Source: Octopus sinensis
Taxonomy: Eukaryota
DNA length: 64,000 nt
Reading direction: 5' to 3'
NCBI RefSeq assembly: GCF_006345805.1
Contig: NC_043001.1
Location: 86,986,001-87,050,000 of the forward strand
The position numbers and the translations under genes were made by a program. The number at the start of each line of letters is the position of its first letter. Position 1 is the first letter of the stretch. The notes below the pieces were generated by a model. That model saw only the letters and a program-made list of their open reading frames with translations, had not been told where the DNA came from and searched no databases. This document shows positions 13,645 to 28,790 of this stretch, piece by piece.

Positions 13645-13882
13645 AGAAGGCCTGAGAGAACTAAGGGTTATGTACCCCTATTTCAGACTAATTAATAAAA
13701 CAAAAAAATTGTAATTCACAAATCATCTGACAAGCCACATCATTATGGCACAGAAGATGTGTAAAAGGAATCAAGAAAAGCTCATTGATAAACATACTAA
13801 AGCGGCTGGTGTGTGAGAGGAGACCACTATTATGGATACATACAATGAATAACATGAAGCAAGAAGAATTCAGAGATAAGGC
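13645..13882. repeat. Dispersed ~250-bp repeat, copy 2
   Basis: Homologous to 9345-9601. Confidence 0.75.
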
Positions 13883-14156
13883 TGCTTTAGCTCTGATGAT
13901 AACAATGATGATGTTGATGATGGGAATAACGATAGTAGCAATGATGATGATAATAGTGAAGATAAATGTGTAATAATCATTAGCTGGATGAGTCATTAGT
14001 GAAATGGATAGCCAATGAATAACCATCTGGCAGGCAAGGGGTTCATATCCTGTTTTTGTGTCCATGTATGATATGCCATTTTTATTATCAACAGTTTGGT
14101 CCACCTAGCTGTAAGAAGGTTGGACAATATAGTATAGTATATATATAAAATATATA

Positions 14157-14199
<43 letters not shown>

Positions 14200-14441
14200 A
14201 ATATACATATATACTGTGTATTGGTGTAGGTACGGCTGCATGGTTAAGAAGTGTGTGTGTGCGTGTGTGCATGCAAATTATCATGAGAGTATTTATATAT
14301 ATATATATACTCTCTGAAGAAAAAATACAACAGTGATAAGCATATCCATGTTCCTGTCTGCTGAAATGCATTAAGAATGAGCATGCATGTCATTGTTTAG
14401 ATTCTCATTGTTCTCTGAGTTCATGATAATTTGCACACATA

Positions 14442-14510
<69 letters not shown>

Positions 14511-14520
14511 ACACATATAA

Positions 14521-15140
14521 CATCATCATCATCATCATCATTGTCGTCATCGTTTAATGTCCGCTTTGCATGTTAGCATGGGTTGGACAATTTGACTGGG
14601 GATTGGTGAACTGGATGGCTGCACCAGGCTCCAATCTTGATCTGGCAGAGTTTCTACAGCTGGATGCCCTTCCTAACGCCAACCACTCTGAGAGTGTAGT
14701 GGGTGCTTCTACGTGCCACCGGCACGAGGGCCAGTCAGGTGGTACTGGCAACAGCCACACTCAAATGGTGTTTTTTACATGCCACCTGCACAGGAGCCAG
14801 TCCAGCAGCACTGGCAATGACCTCGCTTGAATGCTTTTCCTGTGCCACCGATACAAGTGCCAGTAAGGCGACGCTAATAACAATCACACTCTGGCAACAA
14901 TCACGCTCAGATGGTGCTCTTAGCGCTCCACTAGCATGGATGCCAGTCATCGAATTTGATTTCATTTTCGATTTTACTTGCCTCAACAGGTCTTCACAAG
15001 CAGAGTTTAGTGTCCAATGAAGGAAAGGTACACATAAGTGGGCTGATTACACCCCTGGCATAGGCCACAAGGTTATGGTCTTCCTTGGCTTGCCGGGTCT
15101 TCTCAAGCACATTATATTTCCAAAAGTATCGCTCACTAGT
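14521..15140 (-). mobile_element. RTE-X LINE 3' end (older subfamily)
   Basis: (CAT)n tail, ggatgcccttcctaacgccaaccact motif, ends in the ORF-end ttgccgggtcttctc. Confidence 0.85.
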
Positions 15141-15159
15141 CATATATATATATATAATC

Positions 15160-15365
15160 AATCCAAACAAGAACAAGCAAGAAAAAAGAACAGCGTGAGG
15201 ATGTGGAACAAGTAATGTGTTATTGGACGCTCAGGAAAGGAAAGAAAAAAAAGAGGACTTCATGTTTCGAGTGGAGCTCTTCATCAGAAATATAGAAAAT
15301 GTCCAAAGAAAGGAAGATGGAGAAAGAAAATCGCCAATGATACTCACGCAATCACATATTGAAAT
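15160..15365 (-). mobile_element. Penelope-like pLTR fragment with hammerhead-like motif (15257-15291)
   Basis: Minus strand ATTT CTGATGA A GAG ctcca CTC GAAA CA TG AAGT; adjacent to (TA)n. Confidence 0.65.
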
Positions 15366-16569
15366 GACTGGAAGGGAATGGGTGAAGAAAACGTTTTTTC
15401 TAAGACAGGAGAGTGCAAGAGAAGGAGGTATGTGTGTGTATGTGTGGGTATGTGCTTTCATGCAAGTCAGTGTGTGTGGGTGTGTAATGATAGCAAGTAT
15501 ATGTGCCTGTGTGTATGTGTGTGAAATTGTGGCTGTTTATGTATGTGTGTGATTGGACTTAGTGTCCCTTAAGGTCATCGGAAGAATTTATAGTAAGAAT
15601 TTTGGTAGGAGTGGCTGTCTATTGTGTGTCTTCCTACACATGTGTATAGAAGAATGGTGAGCAGAAAGGTGTTTAACTGGTAGTTCGAAGTATGTGTGTG
15701 AGTGTGTATGTATATGTTGTGTGTGTGTTTTGTGTGCAGTGTGTGTCTGTGTGTGTATGTGTGTGTACGTGTGGGTATGTGTGTACACGTGAGATTGTGT
15801 GTGTATGTGTGTGTGTGTGTGTGCGTGCGTGTGTGTGCTTGTATGTGCAAGTGTGTGTGTCCTTGTATGTATAATTGTGTGCGTGTATGAGTGTGTGTTC
15901 AGTGTGTATGGGAGGTATGTGTGGGTTCATTTGTGTGTGTGTGTATGTGTGTACGTGTCTATATGTGTGTGCGTGTGAGTGTATGTGCATGTGTACATGA
16001 ATGTGTATGTATGTGCATGTGTATGTATAATTGTGTGCGTGTATGAGTGTGTGTTCAGTGTGTATGGGAGGTATGTGTGGGTTCATTTGTGTGTGTGTGT
16101 ATGTGTGTACGTGTCTATATGTGTGTGTGTGTGTGTGCATGTGTGTCTATATCTGTATGCGTTTGTGTATGTGTATGTGCGTGTATGTATATGTATGTGT
16201 GTGTATGTGAGTTTGTGTATGCATGTTTGCGTGGGAGTCTTGTGTAGGAGTATATGTGCGTTCCTATGAGTATGTGCATGCGTGTGTGTGCTTACATGCA
16301 TGTGTGCGTGTGTGTTTATGCCTATGTGTGTGTAATTGTGTGCTTGTCTGTATGAATGTGTGTTGTGTGTGTGGGAGGTGTGTGTACGTACATGTGTGAG
16401 TGTGTGTATGTGTATGTACATGTGGGAGATATGTACGTGTGTATGTAAGGCTGGGAGATAACAGTTTGCTCAAAATAGTTTCCCTCGACTTCCACCACAG
16501 CCTTAAGATGACTTCAGGATCTGGTGCATGCACAGTAACCCTAGGAAGATCTTAAAACACCTTAATCTT

Positions 16570-16800
16570 ATTTTTTTATTGCCCACAAGGGACTAAACAC
16601 AGAGGGGACAAACAAGGACAGACAAACGGATTAAGTGGATTACATCGACCCCAGTGCATGACTGGTACTTAATTTATTGACTCCGAAAGGATGAAAGGCA
16701 AAGTCGACCTCGGTGGAATTTGAACTCAGAACGTAGCGGCAGACGAAATACCGCTAAGCATTTCACCAGGCATACTAACGTTTCTGCCAGCTCACCGCCT
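16570..16800 (-). mobile_element. SINE family C
   Basis: Homologous to 60474-60703; ccttaatctt repeated on both flanks. Confidence 0.85.
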
Positions 16801-17133
16801 TATATATGCCTCCTTAATCTTGGCCACCAGTAACTTGGCTTTGGTGTTGCAGGTAGAGTGGTTGGTGTCTTTTTCAACTGTGTCCTACACAAAGTAATCC
16901 ATCAAATTACAATTGGGGGAAATAGAAAACCAGAAATTGGGGCTTGTGAAGTCATGGAAATTCTTCAACAACCACTTCTGACTCTTTCTGGAATTATGGG
17001 AAGGGGTCAAGTCACACCTTCCATCAGCAATCCTCTCTAGCTACGGTCTGACCTCAGGAGTTAAGCAGTATTTTAATAACACCTGCATTGTATAATGAAA
17101 TTTTTAAATTTTCCTGATCCCAAACACATATGT

Positions 17134-17171
<38 letters not shown>

Positions 17172-17209
17172 TCACACATACACACACACACACATCACAC
17201 ACATGCACA

Positions 17210-17720
17210 CTATCTTCTACAAGAAGAAATTGACAGTGACCTTGAAGTTTTGGCTTGTTTGCCTTCATCAGGCTTTATTTAGGTTCTTTTTGGCTTTATA
17301 TAGTCTTTGACAAGTTGTTTTTGGTAGGGAGATGGAACTATGTGAATGATAATTAGTTATGGTGTTAGTAGAACAGGGAAATAGTTATGTGGATAGAGAA
17401 TGATAGAAAGGGAGTGTGTGTTTGTATGGCGTGTTTTGATAAAAAGCAATGGTGAGGAGATTTATTTTGATTTGATGTTGGGATTTTTTATTGTTTAGGT
17501 TTCAGTCAGGTGTGAAAGTAAAAGTATAAACAGATGTGTCAAATTCAGATCAAAGCATTATTTGCAAAGAAATTTTGATTTTGTTGTGTTTTAGGGTTCA
17601 TGAAAGAACGCTTGGGGATAAATCAGTCCGTCAAATCAGTTAGTCAAACAGACTGACAAATTACTTAGGTCAAACAGATCTTAGTAGTTGAGAATTCTAC
17701 AGATTTGAAATCTTAACATA
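17210..17720 (-). mobile_element. Decayed Penelope-like fragment with hammerhead remnant (17238-17275)
   Basis: Minus strand CTGATGA A GGC aaacaa GCC AAAA CT TC; extent uncertain. Confidence 0.4.
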
Positions 17721-18500
17721 ATTCTCAGGTAGAATAGGTGTGATGGTGTGTGACAAGGCTTTGAATTAGATGCAAACCATCAAATAAGCTTTCAAACAGT
17801 TTACATCTATGCAATCGTAGGAGCGACCTAAATTTATAATGAGTAATACTTGTCCAAAATGCCATGCAGTGAGTTCAAACAAAAGATTTCATGATTGCAT
17901 AGTAAACTTCTTAATTGTTATCCAACATAATTACATACAAAAGCATGTTGAAAGATTGCATAATTAATTGTTTAAAATTGTTCTTGTTTGTTTTACCTAT
18001 CCTTAGTTACTATTCGGAGAGTACAAAAAAAAAAAATGAAGCAGGTAGGTTTAACTAATTAGTCATTATGTACAATTGAAAATCAGGTTTTTTTTTTTTT
18101 TTTTTTGAGGCTATGACAGAGGTTTAACATAATCTTATAGAAAGCCATAGTAATGACATTCAGCAAGCTAGCAGTTTACAATTCAACCATGCTGCATAAA
18201 TAAATACACAAACAACACATACACACACACTAACAGACATTCCACAGATACGCATATTTTGAGAGTGTCCCATAATATTTTGAGATGGCGAATCAAAACA
18301 GAAAATTGGAACACCAAACACCAGTTAAATTTTCTTCAATATCATTGAGGACATGACTATGTGATTAAGAAGTCTGCTTTGCAATCATGTAGTTTTGGGT
18401 TCAGCTCCTATATGCCTTGAACAAGTGCTTTTCGCTATAGCTCTGGACCAAGTAGTGCTTTGACAGTGAAATTTGTAAATGGAGACTGTGTGGAAGAATG

Positions 18501-18534
<34 letters not shown>

Positions 18535-18614
18535 ATATACATATATATATATATATGAAGAGAGAGAGAGGGGATGAGGAGGGGAGAGGGAGAGAGGGAG
18601 AGAGAGAGAAAAAG

Positions 18615-18776
18615 AGGTGCAGGCATGGTTGTGTGATAAGAAGCTAGCTTACCAACCACATGGTCCCAGGTTGGTTCAGTCCCACTGCATGGCACCTCAA
18701 GCAAGTATCTTCTGTCATAGCCTCGAGCCAACCAAAGCCTTGTGAGTGGATTTTGTAGGCAGAAACTAAAAGAAGC

Positions 18777-18785
<9 letters not shown>
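18615..18785 (+). mobile_element. SINE family A head
   Basis: Family A head followed by (TA)n. Confidence 0.75.
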
Positions 18786-18807
<22 letters not shown>

Positions 18808-19049
18808 GATGATTGCTTCATTTTGAGAGATGATAGCTGTCCCATCAATACACACACCACACCCCATCACACAGTACAATCACTCTGTTGATGAGCCCTT
18901 TGATGACTTTTAAGACCAGCTGCTGACTGACAGGGCGTAAAACACAAGTGACAGATATTATTTAAGTTTCTTCTATACCTTTGCCCTTTGGAATTTGATT
19001 CTGAAGGAATTTTTTTGTGAACTAGCATATGTCTTTTAAGTCCAGATAT

Positions 19050-19081
<32 letters not shown>

Positions 19082-19144
19082 TGTATGTATGTATGTAGTA
19101 TGTATGTATGTATGTATGTATGTATGTATGTGTGTATGTGTGTA

Positions 19145-19470
19145 TGTGAAGGCTCAGTGGTTAGAGCATCGAGCTTACGATCGTGAGGTTGTGAGTTTGA
19201 TTCCCGGACCAAACTACATGTTGTGTTCTTGAGCAAGACACTTTATTTCACATTGCTCCAGTAACTCAGCTGTAGAAATGAGTTGCGACATCACTGGTGC
19301 CAAGCTGTATCAGCCTTTGCCTTTCCCTGGGAAAACATCAGTAGTGTGGAGAGGCGAGGCTGGTATGCATGGTCAACTACTGGCCTTCTACAAACAATTT
19401 TGCCCGGACTTGTGCCTCGGAGAGTAACTTTCTAGGTGCAATCCCATGGTCATTCATGACCGAAGGGGTC
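19145..19470 (+). mobile_element. tRNA-derived SINE (family D-like)
   Basis: ggctcagtggttagagc..gagtttgattccc A/B-box-like head; cttgagcaagacact body. Confidence 0.8.
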
Positions 19471-20932
19471 TCCTCTTGTATGTATGTATGTATGATCATT
19501 CATCATCATTTTATGTCTGCTTTCCGTGCTGTCATGGTTTGGATGATTTAACTGAGAACTGGTGAGCTGGGGAGCTACACTCAGTTCCAATTTGGTTTGG
19601 CATGGTTTCTATTGCTAGATGCCCTTCCTAATACCAAAGATGCCCTCCCTAACATCAAGGATGCTCTTCCTAATACAAAGGAGGTCCTTCCTAACATGTT
19701 CCCATATCTTGTGGGGATTGGCAAAATGGACTGAGAAAATAAGTACCTGGCTTAAAAAACAAGTATTGGGTCAATTTGGTCAAGGTTGGGCCTCAGCATA
19801 GCTGCAGTCCAGTGACTGAAACAAGTAAAAGATAAAAGAGAGATAAAGACTGACTAAAGAAGAAAAGGTGTTCATTTTGTGAAGAACATAGTAGTATGCA
19901 TTTTCACTGTACATAGTATGGTCAACAGAAATACATGAGGACTCCTCATTAGATGTTTAATTGTTCTGTAAGTTTACAGGACTTGGAAGTAGAACGTATG
20001 ACTTTATAGAACTCATCCATCTTAAAAATATACTCATGGCAGGATTTGAACTTAACTCAAAACATTTATATTATGTTTGTACTCTTCTCATACATTTATG
20101 TATCTCTGTATGAATGCATGTATGTATGTATACATACATGTGTATGCATATGTGTATACGTATGTGTATGTATGCATGAACATATGTATGTATGCTTGCA
20201 TGTGTATATGTTAGTGTATACATATGTACAGATTTCTAAATAATATTTTACATATATATGCAAGCATACACACACACACACATGCATACACATTCACATG
20301 ATTATACACATGCATACATCTATACAGAAAGGAACATACATACACACATACATATATTATATAATTGTATGTACATCTATCCATTATAAAGTGTATTCGA
20401 GAATATTCATCTACTCATAATGCAGTGTGTGTATGTGCATGTGTTTGTAAATACATACATGCATATGTATATCTGTTCATATGAATATATGTACCTATAT
20501 GCGTATACATGTGTGTTTGTTGTGTGTGTGTGTGTATTATATATACGGCCCTATACTACCATCAGTAGAACCACCATAAAAAATAAACAACACCCTTGGC
20601 TCCAACTTTGCATAACAATTAGCCTCTGTGTGGATGTCACAAGGTGATGATAGTGTGATGATGTAGTGGAGTCCTTGATTGGCGCCAACGGAGATAAGCA
20701 GCATCTAAGAGAGCCAACAGAGAATGTACAGTACTGCAAGAGAGGAAGTGGAACTATGTTAAAGACGTATGAAGGAAGCTGGACAGACATTCAGTGTCTT
20801 TGTGGTAAAATTCTAGAATAGATTGGTCATTCACTTAGAACTGGTTTATTAATTATAGGTTAGTGTTCTTTTACTTAATGGTGTCAGTGATGGAGTCGGT
20901 GGTGGAGTTATTGTTGCCGTTGCTGCTGCTGC

Positions 20933-20963
<31 letters not shown>

Positions 20964-21780
20964 GGTGATGGTGGTGGTGGTGGCGATGGTGGTGGTGATG
21001 GTAGTGTTGTCGTTTAACCCCAGGGCAGCTCTGATTGAGTAGACTCATAGTCAAAGGATTCCAGATGTGACTCTTCCATCTTATTTCAGACAATGTATTC
21101 AGTACAATACTATCCAGTGAGTTCTCTACCTATGGTTTTTTGGGGGGTTTTTTTGGCAGTAAGGCATGGTTCAAGAGAAATTTGATCGATATTTCTAGAA
21201 GATCAAAACTATATGTGACCAGTGCCATTTACATTGTCACATAGCCCCTGGTTAGCTGTGATAGGCAGTCGACCAAATAATGTCATATTACCCACAGGCC
21301 CAAGTTATATCAAGCTTCCTCCTAGCTGAGGACCAGATTGCACTTGCTGACATAGAACAATAAATCATATGATATGCAACAGGACAGTCTGGACAAGTTG
21401 CATTCTCTCCACTATCCTGCCTATAGATTCTGGTAGGCGTCACAACACAGGTAGACAAGGTGGACTTGGTCAAAATATGATTGTTGGTCCTCTTTACTTA
21501 CAATCGGTGATGTGTGTCCCAGTTAAAGACCAATTACGCTATCGGTGCTGCAACTATATCTTTATGTATATATTTCTTTTATATTTGTCCAAGCTGAGTG
21601 GGAGAGATTGTTTTTCAGATGTTGTAGCAGTATTCTGAGGTGTTGTATATATACAAGTACATACATATTCATCTTTTATCTTTTATTTGTTTCAGTCATT
21701 AGAACACGGTCATGCTGGAGCATTGCCTTGAAGGGTTTAGCAGAAGAAAACAACACCTGTACTTATTTTGTTTTTAGGCT

Positions 21781-22515
21781 ATGACGAAAGACCGAGATCT
21801 TTGGAGATATGTTGTGACTGCGAAGACCCAACAAATGAAGTGAGTTCATAGCTTGCAGGACGGCCTTTTGTGCTAACCTTGGATCATAGGGCGACCTACT
21901 GTGCTAGTGGAGACCTATTGAGTCAAGTACATCAACATCAAAATAAAAATCAAATGGATATTGTAGTTGTGATACCTGTGCCGGTGGCACATTGGGCCTA
22001 ACAGAGGAAATAATGAAAGACTGAGACCTCTAAGATATGCTGTGACTGCGAAGACCCGACAAATGAAGTGAGTTCATGGCTCGCAGGACGGCCTGCTGTG
22101 CTACTCTTGGATCATAGGGTGACCTACTGTGCTTGTGGAGACCTATCGAGTCAAGTACATCAACATCAACATCAAAATAAAAATCAAATGGAAATTGTAA
22201 TTATGATACCCATGCCGGTGGCATGTAGAAAACACCATCCAAATGTGGCTGATGCCAACGCTACCTGACTGGTGATCGTGTCAGTAACACGTAAAAAGCA
22301 CCAACTGATCGTGGCCATCTGCCAGCCTCCTCTGCCCCTGTACCGGTAGCATGTAAAAAGCACCCACTACACTCACAAAGTGATTGGCATTAGGAAGGGC
22401 ATCCAGCTGTAAAAACACTGCCAGATCAGACTGGAGCCTAGTGCAGCCTCCTGGCTTCCCAGACCCCAGTTGAACCGTCCAACCCATGCTAGCATGGAAA
22501 ACGGACGTTAAACGT

Positions 22516-22547
<32 letters not shown>
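21781..22547 (+). mobile_element. RTE-X LINE 3' end with tandemly duplicated ORF-end/3'UTR segment
   Basis: aaagaccgagatctttggagatatg..gtgatacctgtgccggtggca occurs at ~21781 and again at ~22015; (GAT)n tail. Confidence 0.85.
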
Positions 22548-22549
<2 letters not shown>

Positions 22550-23036
22550 GTCTTGTATTTATTCTGTTAGTCTCCTTTTGCTAAATTATTGTAGATGTAA
22601 ACATAATTGCTAAGTTATGGGGGATATAAACAAACTGTCAAGCAGTGGTAAGAGACAAACACCAACACAAAAGCACGCACATAGTGATACTTACATACAG
22701 ACACGTACACACACATACACATACACACACACACATGCATACTCACACACACACACACACACGCACACAAACATATATTAAAGCAGGCTGTAAACAATTT
22801 GGCATATTTTTAATTCTATGTCACATGTGTTTCATTACAATACAGAAAATATATTATGTGAATAAATATTCATATTAATAATAATAACAATATTATAAAT
22901 ATACTAAAAGAGAATGACTCTCCCCAGACACAACAAAATCATAATAGTTATATACATGTAGAGGATCTCCTGCTTCATGAAGACACAGCATGGATTACAA
23001 TCCATTGCATATACTATAAATTTGTATATATATGGA

Positions 23037-23484
23037 AGCAGGTGCAGCTGTGTGGTAAGAAGCTTGCTTTCCAGCCACATGGTTCCAGTTGCAATCCCAC
23101 TGTATGGAACCTTGGGCAAGTGTTTTCTGCAAAAGCTTCAGGCTGACCAGAGTCTCATAAGTGGATTTGGTAGACAGTAACTGAAAGAAGCCTAAGGCGG
23201 TGAGCTGGCAGTATTGTTAGCACACCGGATGAAAAGCTTAGCGGTATTTCATCTGAAGCTACGTTCTGAGTTCAAATTCCACGAAGGTCGACTTTGCCTT
23301 TCATCCTTTTGGGGTCAATTAAATAAGTCGCGGTTACGCACTGGGGTCGATATAATCAACTTAATCCGTTTGTCTTTCCTTATTTGTCCTCTCTGTGTGT
23401 AGCCCCTTGTGGGCAGTAAAGAAATAAGTAACTGAAAGAAGCCTGTTGTATATGTATGTATGTGTGAATGCATGTATGTATGTA

Positions 23485-23547
<63 letters not shown>

Positions 23548-23760
23548 TGTGTTTGTCCCCCACCACCACTTGGCAACTGCTGTTGCTGTGTTTATGTTCC
23601 TGTATCTTAGCAGTTTGGCAAAAGCCAATAGAATAAGCACCAGGCTTTAAAAAAATAAGCACTTGAAGTACTTGGGTCGAATTGTTCCACTAAAATTCTT
23701 CAAGGTGTTGCTCCAGCATGGCCAGAGTCTAATGAATGAAACAAGGAATAGATAAAAGAT
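23037..23760 (+). mobile_element. SINE family A containing a nested family C SINE (23194-23426)
   Basis: 18-bp TSD agtaactgaaagaagcct at 23176-23193 and 23427-23444. Confidence 0.85.
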
Positions 23761-23767
23761 ATATATA

Positions 23768-24135
23768 TAGGTGTAGGAGTGGCTGTGTGGTAAGGTGCTT
23801 GCTTACCAACCACATGGTTCTGGGTTCAGTCCCACTGTGTGGCACCCTGGGCAATTGTCTTCTAGTCGCCAGTGCCACTGGACTGGCTCCTGTGCAGGTG
23901 GCACATAAAGAACACCATCTGAGCATGGCTGTTGCCAGTACCACCAGACTGGCCCTTGTGCCAGTGGCACATAAAATCATCCTCTACACTCTTGGAGTGG
24001 TTGGCATTAGGAAGGGCATCCAGCTGTAGAAACTCTGCCAGATCAGAGTGGAGCCTGGTGCAGCCATCTGGTTTGCCAGTCCTCAGTCAAATCATCCAGC
24101 CCATGCCAGCATGGAGAGCGGATGTTAAATGATAA
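23768..24135 (+). mobile_element. SINE A head joined to an RTE-X 3'UTR
   Basis: Head ends at gtcttcta and is followed by LINE 3'UTR subrepeats and the tail motif. Confidence 0.7.
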
Positions 24136-24543
24136 ACCATACAATTGGGAAGCAAACTTTTTAACCATTCTTTTAACCATTTAGCCATTCTGAATAAAAA
24201 AAAAAAAGATGTGATGACCGCAGTCAGAACATCTTCAATTGTACATGTTTAAGTAAAGCTAATCTTGAGTTTCACAACAACAACAGCAACAACGACCCCT
24301 TAATCACTATCACTACCACCATCACTAATACTACAGTACTATCACTTCTTCATCTCTTACCACATCCTCATCTCATATAATGTTCTCAGTCAGTGCTGGA
24401 CAGTGAACTGGTGGAGTGCTTACCTTACAGTAATTGTCCTGGGTCTGTGTGTTCTGAGATCAAATTTCCACCAAGGTTGATGTTGCCTTTTATCCTTTTG
24501 GCATTCAATAAATAAACAATCAAATACTCATTACACCTCTCCC

Positions 24544-24575
<32 letters not shown>

Positions 24576-24576
24576 C

Positions 24577-24636
<60 letters not shown>

Positions 24637-24637
24637 A

Positions 24638-24677
<40 letters not shown>

Positions 24678-24708
24678 ATCTATATATCTATCTATCTATA
24701 TATATATA

Positions 24709-24970
<262 letters not shown>

Positions 24971-26260
24971 TCTGAAACAAGTAAAAGAATATATATATAT
25001 ATATATATATGTACGTGCATATATATATTATTTATGTCTATGTATCTGTCTAGCTAGATATCTCTATCTCACTCTCTATCGCTTTCTCTCTTTCTCTTTT
25101 TATCTCTCACTCTCCTTTCCTCTCTCTCTCCCCTCTTCTCTCTCAACCTTCCTCTCTCTCTCTCTCTCCCCATTTGATTCAGGTTACATTAAAGAGTCCA
25201 AGAAAGGACTCTTCATACTTCAAGCCCCCACCAGTCCTTTCACCACCACTACCACAACCACCACCACCACCCTCACCCTCACCACTTTGTGGACTTGCTA
25301 AGAAAGGAAGAGTTGCTCCTGTTTCCTAATTCTGCCCCTCCCTCCTGACCCCACTATCAAATTATATAAACCAATTTTCCCTACCCTTCTTTCACACTGA
25401 CCCCCTGCTTCCCCATCCTTTGCTAATATCAACCCACCCATTTATCTGCTCTACCCAAAATACCTACAACCCTACATCATACACCATTATTAAAACCCCC
25501 ACCACCATCGCCACCACAACCATCACCACCACAACCATCATCACCACAACTGCTACCATCACCACCCTATCCTCCGCCTTAAACAACACCCTTACCTCTC
25601 CTGGCACTTTATATATTAACCATCACCATCACCACTGAATCACCACTACAATCTCTGCCACCATCACTACTGTGTCACCATCGCTACCACCACAACCACC
25701 ACTCTACCTCTACACCTCCACCTCCACTACCAACACACACATTGCTTCATTGCCACCACTAACATCGCCACCACTATCCCCCTCCCCCAATGCTACCACC
25801 ACTACCACCCCACCATATCACAACCCCACTACCATCAACATTCCAACAATCCCACCACCACCCGCCATTATCCCCACCACTACCACCACCATCCCAATTA
25901 CCATTCCCACCTCCACCTCCACCTCTGCCTAATTGCTGGACCCTCAGTGAAACTGTGGGTCAACAGGCTGACCTTATACTTTCCAGCCTGTTTTCAAGGG
26001 TGTGGTTATTGTACACCCAAGTCCTTGTTTACATCATCTAACCCCCAGATACCACCACCATCACCTCACTCCTACTGCTAAGATTAGGGGACAGGGTTCA
26101 CTGGGGTAGTGTTGATGAAGTAGTTAACAGTCCTTTAATTGGTCCCTAATGTACTGACATTTACAAAAGTAGGGATTCACGTTATATTGAGAAAACTTAG
26201 AGTTGTTGTGTGTTTAGTTGTGTGTTATTGTGTATATGTGTATGTGTGTGTGTGTGTGTA

Positions 26261-26302
<42 letters not shown>

Positions 26303-26464
26303 TATGTGATTGTGTGTGAATGTGTATATGAGAATGTATGTTTCTGAATGTGTGTGTGTGCATGTATGTGTCAGCCCATGTATGTGTGTATAAGCCTGTG
26401 CATGTGCATGTGTGCGTGTGTGTGTACATGTGAGTGCATGTATGTGTGTGTACATGTGCATGTG

Positions 26465-26780
26465 TGTGTTCCCAACCACATGGTTCCAAGTTCAGTTCCA
26501 CTGCATGACACCTTAGGCAAATGTCATCTACTATAGCCTTAGGCCAACCAAGGCCTTGTGAGTGGATTTGATAGATGGAAACTGAAAGAAGCCTGTCATA
26601 TATATATCATCATCATTTAACGCCCGCTTTCCATGCTAGCATGGGTTGGATGATTTCACTGAGGACTGGCGAACCAGATGGCTGTGCCAGGCTCCAATCT
26701 GATCTGGCAGAGTTTCTACAGCTGGATGCCCTTCATAATGCCAACCACCCCGAGAGTGTAGTGGGTGCTTTTACGTGCCA
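26465..26780. mobile_element. SINE A head (+) followed by an RTE-X 3' tail (-) in (TA)n
   Basis: Diagnostic motifs of both families. Confidence 0.75.
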
Positions 26781-27063
26781 TATATATATAATGTAATTTA
26801 GATTCAGTTAAATTAGGTACTTAAGTTGAGACACCCTGTTAAGACAAACTTATTTGTACACTTACACAATATTAGGTGAGTATCAAACTCTACATAGAAA
26901 TTTTTCCACCTGACATTCATATTCAAGTAGTGTATGCAGATGGCATTCTCAAACTTTGTGAATAAATCCGCTCTTGTTTGTTCAGACATGTACTTTATAT
27001 AAAGATACTTTCCAATTACTTTCAAAGTGCAGATTCCAGGGTAGGTGAGTAAATTAGAAATCA

Positions 27064-27417
27064 GTAACAAAGAAGTATATGTGTCAATTCATTATGTCCG
27101 TTTTGAGTGACTCTTTTAATTGATCAATGAAAACATTACATCATTACAAATAAAACCGTTCTCATCAGATGAGTGCATAGATGTCAAGCATAAAAGATGA
27201 GTTAGATATTTAAGCATATTCATATCATAGCAGCGGAATCATTGTAAATATTTGTTCTCTATTGGCAATAAATATCTAACTTGTCCTTTATGCTTGAGGT
27301 CTATACGGTCACTTGATGAGAATGCTTTCGTCTGTAATGATGTAATACTTTCATTGATCAATTAAAGGAATCACTTGAAACAGCTGAGATAAATTGACAC
27401 TTATACATCTTTATTAC
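27064..27417. repeat. Imperfect fold-back palindrome (~150-bp arms)
   Basis: ttaattgatcaatgaaaacattacatcattaca vs tgtaatgatgtaatactttcattgatcaattaa, and flanking matches. Confidence 0.85.
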
Positions 27418-27432
27418 TTATTTATATTTATA

Positions 27433-27740
27433 TGTGAAGGCACATGGCTTAGTGGTTAGGGTGTTGCGCTCACGATTGTGAAATTGTGGGTTTGATTACC
27501 AGACTGGGCATTGTGTTGTGTTCTTGAGCTAAGCACTTCATTTCATGTTGCTCTGTGATCATTTCATCCCCTGACATGTGGCACTCATTGCACCTGTACA
27601 GGTAATGTCAATCTGATGGAGGGAGTGAGCTTACATGTACACAAACATTTGATCACTACAAACAAATTATCTGTGTGGTTGTTTGGTAAGAAATTGTTGA
27701 ACCCTCACACATTGTCTAATGGTCTAATGATGGAAGAGTC
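27433..27740 (+). mobile_element. tRNA-derived SINE (family D-like), old
   Basis: gtgaaggcacatggcttagtggttaggg head. Confidence 0.7.
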
Positions 27741-27928
27741 CATCATATATATATATATATATCAAAATAAGCAACAAGGACATCCAGAGGTAATGCAGTA
27801 CAATTGTTTCATGATGCAACTCCATTTAATTTAACAATGCAATCATTACATCAATTTAAAATGTAGAGCAATCCTCAGCTGCACAAAGACAGAATTTAAA
27901 ACATTATTAAGGATTTAAGGATATATAT

Positions 27929-28308
27929 CATCATCATCATCATCATTTAGCGTCCGCTTTCCATGCTAGCATGGGTTGGACAGTTCAACTGGGGTCTGGG
28001 AAGCCAGAAGGCTGCACCAGGCCCAGTCTGATCTGGCAATGTTTCTACAGCTGGATGCCCTTCCTAACGCCAACCACTCCGTGAGTGTAGTGGGTGCTTT
28101 TTATGTGCCACCGGCACAAGTGCCAGACGGGGCTGGCAAACGGCCATGGTCGGATGGTGCTTTTTACGTGCCGGCCTGGCAACGGCCATGATCAGATGGT
28201 GCTTTTTACATGCCATGGGCAGGGAGGCCCGTCGGGGCGGCGCTGGCAACGGCCATGTTCAGATGGTTCGCTTATGTGCCACCGGTACTGGTATCACAGC
28301 TACAATTT

Positions 28309-28312
<4 letters not shown>
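27929..28312 (-). mobile_element. RTE-X 3'UTR copy in (TA)n
   Basis: Closely similar to 4983-5390. Confidence 0.9.
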
Positions 28313-28341
<29 letters not shown>

Positions 28342-28790
28342 GGCTCAAGCAAACAAAACAATACAGGGCAGACGTATGAAAGTAAACAAATATAATTTGA
28401 AATGATTGATGAAGATAATATAAATAAAACTTTTCGACCAAATATGAGAATGATGGATTAATGCCTGGAAGAAATCTTCAAATGGATATAATAACAGAAT
28501 TGATAAGAGAGGAGAAGAAGTGACCAGTACACTAGGCGTCTGGTGGTGTAAAGGCAGAAAATAGAAAATCATGTGTGGACAGCAGATAGAAGGGAAGGAG
28601 GATGAGAGAGAGGGAGAGAGAGAGAGAGAGAGTGGTAGAGAGAAAGTGAGAGAGAGAGAGAGAGAACAGAAGGTCTACAATGAAGTGTGAGAAGAGGAGA
28701 GTGAGGGAGATAGGAAGTAAGGGGGCTAAAAAAGGAATATTAGGACAAGAGAGAAAGAATGAAAGAGTCACAAATATATATATATATATT

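Noticed and set aside
18007-18044. Possible 38-nt plus-strand exon (ccttag|..GCAG|gtaggt)
   Set aside because: It contains an A12 run, is not frame-preserving and has no supporting neighbours.
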